From NCBI GenBank assembly GCA_031291825.1, contig JARLIG010000009.1, positions 136,058 through 200,057 of the forward strand: a stretch of DNA of 64,000 nt, read 5' to 3'. The stretch's first letter is position 1. Every line of letters starts with the position of its first letter. This document shows positions 56,811 through 64,000 of the stretch, one piece after another. The notes below the pieces were generated by a model. The model was not told where the DNA came from, ran no database searches, and worked only from the letters and a program-made list of their open reading frames with translations. A program made the translations under genes and the position numbers. This DNA comes from Minisyncoccota bacterium. GTDB lineage: Bacteria; Patescibacteriota; Minisyncoccia; Phycocordibacterales; UBA9973.

Positions 56811-59552
56811 TTAATTTGCCGTCCAGATCGTGCCAGTTCCTTCACAAGAAGATTGTGGTACATTGTCTCTAACAACAACGCAGGCTCCATTTGTCCAATT
56901 TCCATTAATAGTAGAACAAGCACTTTCTGGCACTCCGTTTATGGTCATCGAACAGGTTCCTAGCTGGCTAGAGGTTGAAGATACGGTAATAGTTGATGTG
57001 ACAGTTTGATGAACCGGTGTCGATGAATCCTGAACTGTAAAAGGAGTAGAACCTTGTGAGTTTCCAGTGATTGTAATATTCGAGCCAGAAAGCGCGACAC
57101 TTGCGACTGTTCCATTTGGCCATGTGGATATGCTATATGGCACTGTGCCACCAGTGATGGTTATTGTCTGGGAATTATTAATTGACTCAGAAATATTTTG
57201 GGGAATAGTTAGAGAATTTGATGTCGGATTACTGGGAGTAGTGCCATTTCCTGTCACAGTTATGTTGAGTGAGTCAGTATCGTTAGATTGATCTTGCACT
57301 ATCATTGATGTGGTTCCCGATGCCACTCCTGTGAGAGAAAGAGTATTTCCGTAAATTTGAGCAATCGCGACCGCAGAACTCGGTTCTGTTTTTATACTAT
57401 ATAGTGCCGCTGAACTTGTGTTGCTTGTATTTACTTTTCCATTAACAAGGGTCAGGTTGGTTGTTCCGCTTGCAGTTAAAGACACATTCTGGGTTTGTGG
57501 GTTGCTGAAATCAATTATTGAAGACTTGGTCGCACCGACTGTGATTGGAACATTAATAGTTTGCTCCGGAGAGAATGAATCCTGAATAGTCACTGATGTT
57601 GTTCCAGCTGTGGATCCGATAACAGTAAGAGTGTTGCCAGAAACCAACGCTGATGCTATGGATGAATTTGATGGTGTTATTATGGCGAAAGGAGGTGTGC
57701 CACCAGAAATAGTTACATTTGTTGTACTTCCTATATTCGCAGAAACAGCTGGAACAGAAAGTGAAGACTCACTACCAATTACAATTTGCAAAGTAATAGT
57801 ATTAGCTGGAGTTGAAGAATCTTGAAGAATAATTGAAGTATTTCCAGGCGCGACACCGATAATTGTAAGAACATTATCGGAAATAAGTCCCAACGCAATA
57901 GTTGAATCTGGTTCGGATTGTATACTATAAGGAGCCGTACCATTTGATATAGTTATGTTTGTTGAGCTTCCGACGCCGGCAGAAATTTTTTGTAAGGCGG
58001 TTGGGTTATTGAAATCAACAATTAAACTGGTTGTCACTTGCACCGTAGCTGTTTGGGCTGGAGTTCCGGAATCTGTAACTACGAATGATGTTTGACCTCC
58101 GGCAACACCCGTGACAGATAGATTGGTTCCAGAAATATTAGCTGTTGCTACGGATGAACCAGGTGGTGTTTGTATTGTATAAGGTGCTGTGCCCCCAGAA
58201 ATGATTGTTGAAGTTGTGTTGCCAGGTTTGACTAGGACACTTGTCGGGACGACTAATGGATTTGTTGTACCACCACCACCTGCGCCGTTTAAAGTTTGTC
58301 CTGCATAACTCCAACTATCTGGTGAAGGGATAGACTGGACTGTTTGTGAAAGTGCGCTTAAACCTTGTTGCAAGAAATGATTTATGAAAGCATTTAAAAT
58401 AGCAGAAATACTGTTTCCAAGGGCTGCATCTAGTTGGGCTGAGCCAGTTTTTAAATTTAGAGCACTCGTTATTTGATTTGCCACAACTGCGCCCGGAGTG
58501 GTTGTAACTAAACCACTTGTGCCGTTAGGTTTTATACATTGATTTGTTTCAGCCCATGTGTCTTGGGCTTCACTATACAAAATGTCATAATCTTTTTGTG
58601 TTTGTGCTTCACAGGTTGCGTTAATGCCGGTAGGGCAATCTGCTGCTTCGGTTTGGTTCCAGATGCTACCGTCAGTATCAAAAGTAAAAGTTGGTTTATG
58701 CCACTCGTCGGCACTATTGTTGTAGCTTGGGTTTACGCTTGCGGGGCAAACTTGTGGAGACAAAAATCCCATTCCTTGCTGAAGCGTCGAAGTCACTTTT
58801 TGTGCATCATTCTGCGTGGTTCCTGCAAGTTGTGAAGCCAAGTTTTGACTTGCAAGCATGCTGTATCCTGGATAATTATTTTGTGGATACTGAGTATTTA
58901 AAAAGAAAGCATTCCATCCGCCAGCGTTAAAATTATTTTGATAACTTTGCACTAAAGCTGGGTCATTAGTTATCTGACTGTAACTGGATTGCATGTCAGC
59001 ATTGCCTGCTTGTTTATACATATTTATTACCTGCAAATCCCAAGCCTTACCGAAAGGAAACTGAACCGAATTATATCCAGTCTGATTTATTATATTTTTT
59101 ATTTCAAATTGACCGATGTCTCCAAAGAATTGGCTTGGATTTTGTACGAAAAGTGGAGAGCCAGAAAAACCAGAATTAATCCAATTGACTGTACTTTGGG
59201 TTATAGAATCTAGCAATTTATGCTCAATAACAATAATAGCTTGTCTTAAAACCTCTTTAGCTGCAGCCTCTATTTTCATTGCAAGACTTATGTGTGTGTC
59301 TACTGCTGTAGACGCGGTTGCGGGTGCTACAACACCTGCAGTTGTCCCCGATGTGACAGTATTTTCGCCAAGATCTGCTGAGTTTTCGCCAAGATCTGCA
59401 TAATTAAATCCTTCATCTAAAAATTCAGGAAAGTCGCCATTGTAGTCATTAGCCTTTGCTTTTTTAGGGACAGAAAGTAAAACAACTGGCGTTATTATTA
59501 GAATAATAACAATAGAAGAAATTAATTTTACTATATATTTTTTTCCTATCAT
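56811..59552 (-). CDS. large secreted surface protein with about six tandem Ig-like (Big-type) repeats and a Cys-rich C-terminus
   Basis: Signal peptide, about 430 aa N-terminal domain, then repeats of about 85 aa (GGTAPY.IQT.P.SS.A.A.ISGN.L.V.G...G.TS..VQDS..P....T). The C-terminus contains 6 Cys. Confidence 0.6.
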   Translation of the reverse strand: MIGKKYIVKLISSIVIILIITPVVLLSVPKKAKANDYNGDFPEFLDEGFNYADLGENSADLGENTVTSGTTAGVVAPATASTAVDTHISLAMKIEAAAKEVLRQAIIVIEHKLLDSITQSTVNWINSGFSGSPLFVQNPSQFFGDIGQFEIKNIINQTGYNSVQFPFGKAWDLQVINMYKQAGNADMQSSYSQITNDPALVQSYQNNFNAGGWNAFFLNTQYPQNNYPGYSMLASQNLASQLAGTTQNDAQKVTSTLQQGMGFLSPQVCPASVNPSYNNSADEWHKPTFTFDTDGSIWNQTEAADCPTGINATCEAQTQKDYDILYSEAQDTWAETNQCIKPNGTSGLVTTTPGAVVANQITSALNLKTGSAQLDAALGNSISAILNAFINHFLQQGLSALSQTVQSIPSPDSWSYAGQTLNGAGGGGTTNPLVVPTSVLVKPGNTTSTIISGGTAPYTIQTPPGSSVATANISGTNLSVTGVAGGQTSFVVTDSGTPAQTATVQVTTSLIVDFNNPTALQKISAGVGSSTNITISNGTAPYSIQSEPDSTIALGLISDNVLTIIGVAPGNTSIILQDSSTPANTITLQIVIGSESSLSVPAVSANIGSTTNVTISGGTPPFAIITPSNSSIASALVSGNTLTVIGSTAGTTSVTIQDSFSPEQTINVPITVGATKSSIIDFSNPQTQNVSLTASGTTNLTLVNGKVNTSNTSSAALYSIKTEPSSAVAIAQIYGNTLSLTGVASGTTSMIVQDQSNDTDSLNITVTGNGTTPSNPTSNSLTIPQNISESINNSQTITITGGTVPYSISTWPNGTVASVALSGSNITITGNSQGSTPFTVQDSSTPVHQTVTSTITVSSTSSQLGTCSMTINGVPESACSTINGNWTNGACVVVRDNVPQSSCEGTGTIWTAN
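57000..58300 (-). repeat. tandem DNA repeats of about 250 bp encoding the Ig-like repeats
   Basis: Recurrent units visible at DNA level (for example ggtgtgccaccagaaat / ggtgctgtgcccccagaaat and ccatttgatatagttatgtttgttgagcttcc-like segments). Confidence 0.5.
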
Positions 59553-59589
59553 TTTAATATTTTTACTTGCTTATTATACGATTTTATAC

Positions 59590-60516
59590 TTAATCTTTCA
59601 ATCCCACGTCTATTGCATTTGCTAACGTATTAATAGAAGTTCCCAGAACTACGGTGTTTGTTTCATACTTACTTATCCCGCTGAACGAAACCAGTGGGTC
59701 ATTGTTGTATTGTTGTATGTCGTTTAGATTTTCAATCACCTCTTCTAGTGAGTTTATAACACTCAAATGGGCAACTGCTAAAGATTGTGGAACTTCTGTT
59801 TTTAGCATTCCGTTCAGCATAGTACTTAATACTTTGATAGTTGGGCTAAGTTCTGGTAATACAGTTGGGTCTACGTTGTTCCCTGTGTCGTCTGGGGCAA
59901 ATTGTTGCAATACGTCCATTACGGAAGGTTTTACATATGTTTTTGGAAAAAAGACATCTAACGCATCACTATATTTTTTTATTGATTTTGTACCATTGTC
60001 ATTGCTAATTTTTAAGTCGGACAACGAATATATTTTTTTTTGTGGAGAATTCTGTACATTATTTTCCAATGTGTTGGTTATTTGATCTGCTGTAGCTTGG
60101 TCCATATTACCATTAGCATCTATCGCGCCAGTTTGTGTTAGTGTTGTAAGTGTCGCAAGAAACTCTCTGGAAAATTGGTCAGTTTGTGTCAAACTAGAAC
60201 TGGAGCCTTCGACGTTTGCCTGACCGCCTGCCTCTTGTTCTTGCTCTTGTTCCAACTTTGCGATTGTCACACTGTCTGGAACTCCAGGAACATTTTCTGT
60301 CTTTGTGGGGTCGAGTCCAAATAGAATCTTTTTCCAATCAGGTATACCATCTCCTGTGGTGCTTTTGTTGACCAAGTCCGCCACCGTTTCGTTGCCGTAG
60401 GTTAATCCAGATTGTTGATTTCCACTAATGTAACTGATTGTATTTTTGAATAGATTTTTATTTTTTACACAAAAAATTACAACGACAAAAAGAATTGCAG
60501 AAGCAACCCAAATCAC
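59590..60516 (-). CDS. bitopic membrane protein (N-terminal TM, extracytoplasmic domain), first gene of the T4SS-like operon
   Basis: N-terminal hydrophobic anchor followed by a Q/E-rich linker (EQEQEQE) and an alpha/beta domain. VirB8-like topology only. Confidence 0.35.
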   Translation of the reverse strand: MIWVASAILFVVVIFCVKNKNLFKNTISYISGNQQSGLTYGNETVADLVNKSTTGDGIPDWKKILFGLDPTKTENVPGVPDSVTIAKLEQEQEQEAGGQANVEGSSSSLTQTDQFSREFLATLTTLTQTGAIDANGNMDQATADQITNTLENNVQNSPQKKIYSLSDLKISNDNGTKSIKKYSDALDVFFPKTYVKPSVMDVLQQFAPDDTGNNVDPTVLPELSPTIKVLSTMLNGMLKTEVPQSLAVAHLSVINSLEEVIENLNDIQQYNNDPLVSFSGISKYETNTVVLGTSINTLANAIDVGLKD

Positions 60517-60569
60517 TCTTTTTTGTTTTGACCAATTTAATTTAGTTATGCAGTGATTATATCATTTTC

Positions 60570-61406
60570 CTATTGTTTGGCTAGTGAAATCCAGTCTTCT
60601 AATGCTAAGTCTTCCGCTCTTTTATTGCCCAAACTTTCTATTAAAATGCTATTTTTATAATTTTTAAGAGATTTTAGATTACTGGAGAGTTTTTTTCTCT
60701 TATGTGCGAAACCAGCCTTCACTGTTTCCCAAAATTTTTCTTCGTTTACTTCATTTTTTTCAAAAACTTGTCGAGAAATATTTTTTATGACAATAATTGC
60801 CGAGTCAACCTTCGGAGCGGGTGAAAAATATCGTGCTCCAACCTTCATTACCATTTTCGGTTCCCCGTAAGCCTTCACTGAAACCGAAAGGATGCTTTCT
60901 TTCTTATCCGAAGCTACAATTCTTTTAGCAACTTCGTGCTGTACCATCAAAACCATTCGTTCTGGCTGATTTTTTTCTGTTAAAAATTTTTTCAAAATGG
61001 CACCAGTAATGTTGTAGGGAATATTGGCGATAATCTTGTAAGAAAACAGTTTTGAGTTTTTTAAATGGTCTGGCTGGGATAGGGACCCAGAGGACCGAGG
61101 ACCTTTAAAAAATTCCAAAACTGTTTTCTTAGGATCAAATTCTAAAATGTCATCATTTATTAAAATTAATTTTTTTTCTGTAATTTCTTTTACAAATTTT
61201 TCTTTCAAAAATTCAAAAAGCTCACGGTCTTTTTCTACCGCAACCACAACTCCAGCTTTCTCCAAAAGTTTTTCGGTCAACGCGCCCTTGCCTGGACCAA
61301 TCTCTAGGATTATGTCGTCGGTTTTTATTTCTCCAGCTTCAATAATTTTATTTAGAGCTAATTCTGACTTTAAAAAATTTTGCCCTAATGATTTTTTTGC
61401 TTTCAT
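60570..61406 (-). CDS. rsmA: 16S rRNA (adenine1518/1519-N6)-dimethyltransferase RsmA/KsgA
   Basis: LGQNFL, EIGPGKGALT SAM-binding motifs, ANIPYNIT motif. Confidence 0.9.
   Translation of the reverse strand: MKAKKSLGQNFLKSELALNKIIEAGEIKTDDIILEIGPGKGALTEKLLEKAGVVVAVEKDRELFEFLKEKFVKEITEKKLILINDDILEFDPKKTVLEFFKGPRSSGSLSQPDHLKNSKLFSYKIIANIPYNITGAILKKFLTEKNQPERMVLMVQHEVAKRIVASDKKESILSVSVKAYGEPKMVMKVGARYFSPAPKVDSAIIVIKNISRQVFEKNEVNEEKFWETVKAGFAHKRKKLSSNLKSLKNYKNSILIESLGNKRAEDLALEDWISLAKQ
61043..61129. repeat. GC-rich palindromic element inserted in-frame in ksgA
   Basis: Arms gaaaacagttttgagttttttaaa / tttaaaaaattccaaaactgttttc around the core tggtctggctgggatagggacccagaggaccgaggacc. Homologous to the polA element. 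Confidence 0.75.
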
Positions 61407-61440
61407 ATTTTTTAAATAAAATTCGTTGCAGGTATACTTT

Positions 61441-61500
61441 TTGTAGAGCCTTGCGCAGGGCGACGGCCCGAGCAGAGCAATTTTTCATCAGAAAAATATG
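61441..61500. repeat. GC-rich intergenic element, copy 3 (gccttgcgcagggcgacggcccgagcag)
   Basis: The same 28-nt core as copies 1 and 2, followed by cagaaaaatat. Confidence 0.6.
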
Positions 61501-61542
61501 TGTGCTCTACCAAAAAGTTGTACCAAAAAAGAATTTTATTAA

Positions 61543-63636
61543 TCATAAATAAATTGTTTTTATGCCGCTAGCCTCACCTTCCTTTTCTAATAAATCTGCT
61601 GGGATGTCGCTGATAAATTCTGATGGCGCGTTGATGTTGCGAGAGCCGAAAATTGTGCGGAAATTTGCAAACGACAAAAACAATTTTTCCTTCGCGCGAG
61701 TGATGGCCACATAAAAAAGCCTTCGCTCCTCTTCTTTGTCTTCCCCTTCTCCGCTGTTGTTTTGTCTTTGGTGTGGGAAAAGTCCATCTTCCAGTCCAGT
61801 GACAAAAACATATTTAAATTCAAGGCCTTTTGAGGCATGCACTGTCATCAATTTTATTCCGTTAGAGGCAGAGAGTCGCTGCGAGCCCTCGCGGCCTCTA
61901 ACGGGATTCTCTGAATTTATCATTAAACTATCTTGGTCGGAAGCGAGCGAAGCGTCTTCCAAAAGTTTTTCTACCCCTCTATAATTTCCTTCTGCATTTT
62001 CTAAATTATCGTATTTAAGTGCTAGTGTCGCCAGCTCTTTAATATTTTCGAGTCTTTCCAAGTCTTCTTCTCCGCCAGCTTGTAATTCTTGCTCAATGCC
62101 AGACTTCTTGACCACAAATTTTATCACTTCACTTACTTTTAAGGTTTTCCCTCCAGAGGAGGATCCAGATATTTTTTCTTTTATTTCTTCCAGAGTTTCA
62201 TAAAAATTATTAATTTTTAGACGCATTTTTATTGGTAGATTTTCTGTTTCATTGGCAAATATTTTTAGCAAAGTTACTTTTCCGATGCCTCGCGCTGGAA
62301 AATTTATTATTCTTTTAATGTCTGACAAGCTGTCTTTGTTTAAGGCTGCGCGCAAGTATGCCAAAGTATCTTTGATTTCTTTTCTTTCAAAAAATTTCAC
62401 ACCCAAGACTTGATATGGAATATTATAACGCAGCATCGCTTCTTCCAGCGCGCGGGATTGGAAATTTGCACGATAAAGTACGGCGATTTCAAACAACCCA
62501 GAAAATCTTTCCTTCTCGGGGTCGCTGTCTGTGCGTGCTCGCACAGCGCTCCCTCTCGGCGCGTCCGCCTGCGAGAGACCCCGTGAAGAAAAATTTTTCG
62601 GGTTGTCTATGATCTCCAAAATTTTTGTCGCGACAAACTCCGCTTCATCCGTCTCATCCATCGCTTCATAGAGTCCTATTTTCTCTCCTACCACATTGTC
62701 GGTAAATAAATTTTTGTCTGGTCGGTAGACATTTTTTTTAATTATTTCGTTGGCCGCCTCCAAAATATTTTTGGTAGAACGATAATTTTGTTCCAATAAA
62801 ATTATTTTTGCATTCGGATAATCTTTTTCAAAATTTAAAATATTTTTCAAATTTGCCCCACGCCAAGAATATATGTTTTGGTCTGCATCGCCGACCACGC
62901 AAATATTTCTATTTTTTTCTGAAAGCAATTTTGACATCAGATACTGCACTTCATTGGTGTCTTGATACTCATCGATATGAATATATTCCCACTTATCTTG
63001 ATAAAATTCTCTAACTTCTTTGTTTTCTTTCAGCAATTTTGTCGCTTTTAAAAGTAAGTCGTCAAAATCCAACGAATTTTCTTTCATTTTTTGTTTTTCG
63101 TATAAATTCCAAACCTGAGAAACTATTTTACTTAAAGTGTTGTTTTGTCCTTCGGCGTATTCTGTTAAGTGAATAAATTTTCCCTTCTCGCGCGAGATAA
63201 TATTTTTTATCTTCTTCGGGTCGTATTGTTTTGGATCTATCCCCAGACTTTTCATTATTTCTTTTATCATTCCGGTCGCATCCGATTCGTCCAGAATGGT
63301 AAAATATCTAGTTAGTCCGAGCAACCTAGCATTTTCTTTAATAATGTAAACTCCCAAAGAGTGAAAAGTGCTGACAAAAGGAATTGTATTTTGCCCTTTG
63401 GCGTTTTTTTGAATTTCCGCAATTATTCTTTCTCGCATTTCTTTGGCGGCTTTATTTGTAAACGTGACTGCTAATATTTTTTCTGGGGCAATCCCGTGCT
63501 TTATCAAGTTTACAATTCGATGCGTGATTGTTTTAGTCTTTCCCGCTCCCGCTCCCGCGACAATAAGAAGCGGACCCGTCATATGCAGAGCCGCTTCTTT
63601 TTGTTCACTATTTAATCCGTTTAGATGGTCTTCCAT
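61543..63636 (-). CDS. pcrA: ATP-dependent DNA helicase, UvrD/PcrA/Rep family
   Basis: Motif I AGAGAGKT, Ia, II DEYQDT, III, IV YRANFQSR, V/VI. 697 aa. Confidence 0.9.
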   Translation of the reverse strand: MEDHLNGLNSEQKEAALHMTGPLLIVAGAGAGKTKTITHRIVNLIKHGIAPEKILAVTFTNKAAKEMRERIIAEIQKNAKGQNTIPFVSTFHSLGVYIIKENARLLGLTRYFTILDESDATGMIKEIMKSLGIDPKQYDPKKIKNIISREKGKFIHLTEYAEGQNNTLSKIVSQVWNLYEKQKMKENSLDFDDLLLKATKLLKENKEVREFYQDKWEYIHIDEYQDTNEVQYLMSKLLSEKNRNICVVGDADQNIYSWRGANLKNILNFEKDYPNAKIILLEQNYRSTKNILEAANEIIKKNVYRPDKNLFTDNVVGEKIGLYEAMDETDEAEFVATKILEIIDNPKNFSSRGLSQADAPRGSAVRARTDSDPEKERFSGLFEIAVLYRANFQSRALEEAMLRYNIPYQVLGVKFFERKEIKDTLAYLRAALNKDSLSDIKRIINFPARGIGKVTLLKIFANETENLPIKMRLKINNFYETLEEIKEKISGSSSGGKTLKVSEVIKFVVKKSGIEQELQAGGEEDLERLENIKELATLALKYDNLENAEGNYRGVEKLLEDASLASDQDSLMINSENPVRGREGSQRLSASNGIKLMTVHASKGLEFKYVFVTGLEDGLFPHQRQNNSGEGEDKEEERRLFYVAITRAKEKLFLSFANFRTIFGSRNINAPSEFISDIPADLLEKEGEASGIKTIYL
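62512..62588. repeat. GC-rich palindromic element inserted in-frame in pcrA (before helicase motif IV)
   Basis: Arms cttctcggggtc / gaccccgtgaag with nested palindromes ctgtgcgtgctcgcacag. ctcggcgcgtccgcctgcg matches the intergenic core at 15855. It encodes the extra stretch ..NFSSRGLSQADAPRGSAVRARTDSDPEKERF.. Confidence 0.7.
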
Positions 63637-63663
63637 GTTTTACCATCTTAACATATAAAGAAT

Positions 63664-64000
63664 TTATTTTTGTAGGCTTTCTTCAAATTTATCCAGTCTT
63701 CCTTCTGCCATTATTTTTTCTAGAGCGCGCCCCATATAGTGTTTTGCGTTTTCACCCCCTATTCCAAAAATTCCTTTTTCTGGTTTTAAGCCTGAAGCAG
63801 CTCTTAGTTGGTCAAAATATTTTATCAAGTGGTCGGTTCCTTTTGCATGGTCTAGTATTGCACTGGCTTTCATGCCCCCTAGAGAGTCGGACATGATTCC
63901 TGAATCAGTTCCAAAAAGTATTTCCATATTTTTGTAACTTACTTCACAAATTTTTTTCAAATTTTCATATCCCAAATGATATATATCTTTTTTACCGATG
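63664..64000 (-). CDS. amidohydrolase-family protein, C-terminal fragment (gene continues beyond window end)
   Basis: The C-terminal segment contains ..FGTDSG.. typical of metal-dependent amidohydrolases. The ORF is open to the window edge. Confidence 0.3.
   Translation of the reverse strand, partial: IGKKDIYHLGYENLKKICEVSYKNMEILFGTDSGIMSDSLGGMKASAILDHAKGTDHLIKYFDQLRAASGLKPEKGIFGIGGENAKHYMGRALEKIMAEGRLDKFEESLQK

Noticed and set aside
1-64000. CRISPR arrays
   Set aside because: No series of regularly spaced identical direct repeats found. The repeated sequences seen are dispersed palindromic elements or tandem coding repeats.

Overview
This is an AT-rich bacterial chromosomal window with compact, reduced-genome features: a short HolA-like, a UvrC lacking the C-terminal HhH region, and a short YidC. 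The strongest feature is a complete diversity-generating retroelement (DGR) at 12862-15241: a bRT-like reverse transcriptase, an Avd-like four-helix-bundle ORF encoded on the opposite strand, a 111-bp template repeat (TR) and a 111-bp variable repeat (VR) at the 3' end of a small GC-rich target gene. The TR and VR differ at 16 positions. All 16 are TR adenines at codon positions 1 or 2. The second notable feature is a family of GC-rich palindromic repeat elements, resembling the Rickettsia palindromic elements (RPEs), inserted in-frame into uvrA, uvrB, polA, ksgA and pcrA, with related intergenic copies. The third is a ten-gene minus-strand envelope cluster resembling a minimal type IV secretion system (T4SS): VirB3-like, a split VirB4, a VirB6-like polytopic protein with a His/Gly tail, an Ig-repeat surface protein and a pilin-like L,D-transpeptidase fusion. 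The window also contains the replication-origin neighbourhood (PBP1A, DciA-like, dnaN, dnaA, DnaA boxes, rpmH-rnpA-yidD-yidC-jag), a uvrC-uvrA-uvrB-polA repair cluster, ruvA/ruvB/yebC/ruvC and fpg. It further holds two paralogous MacAB-like efflux cassettes in inverted orientation around an ECF sigma locus, a heterodimeric ABC exporter pair, pilB, tyrS, two tRNAs (Arg, Lys), and a small AT-rich MITE-like repeat at two loci.
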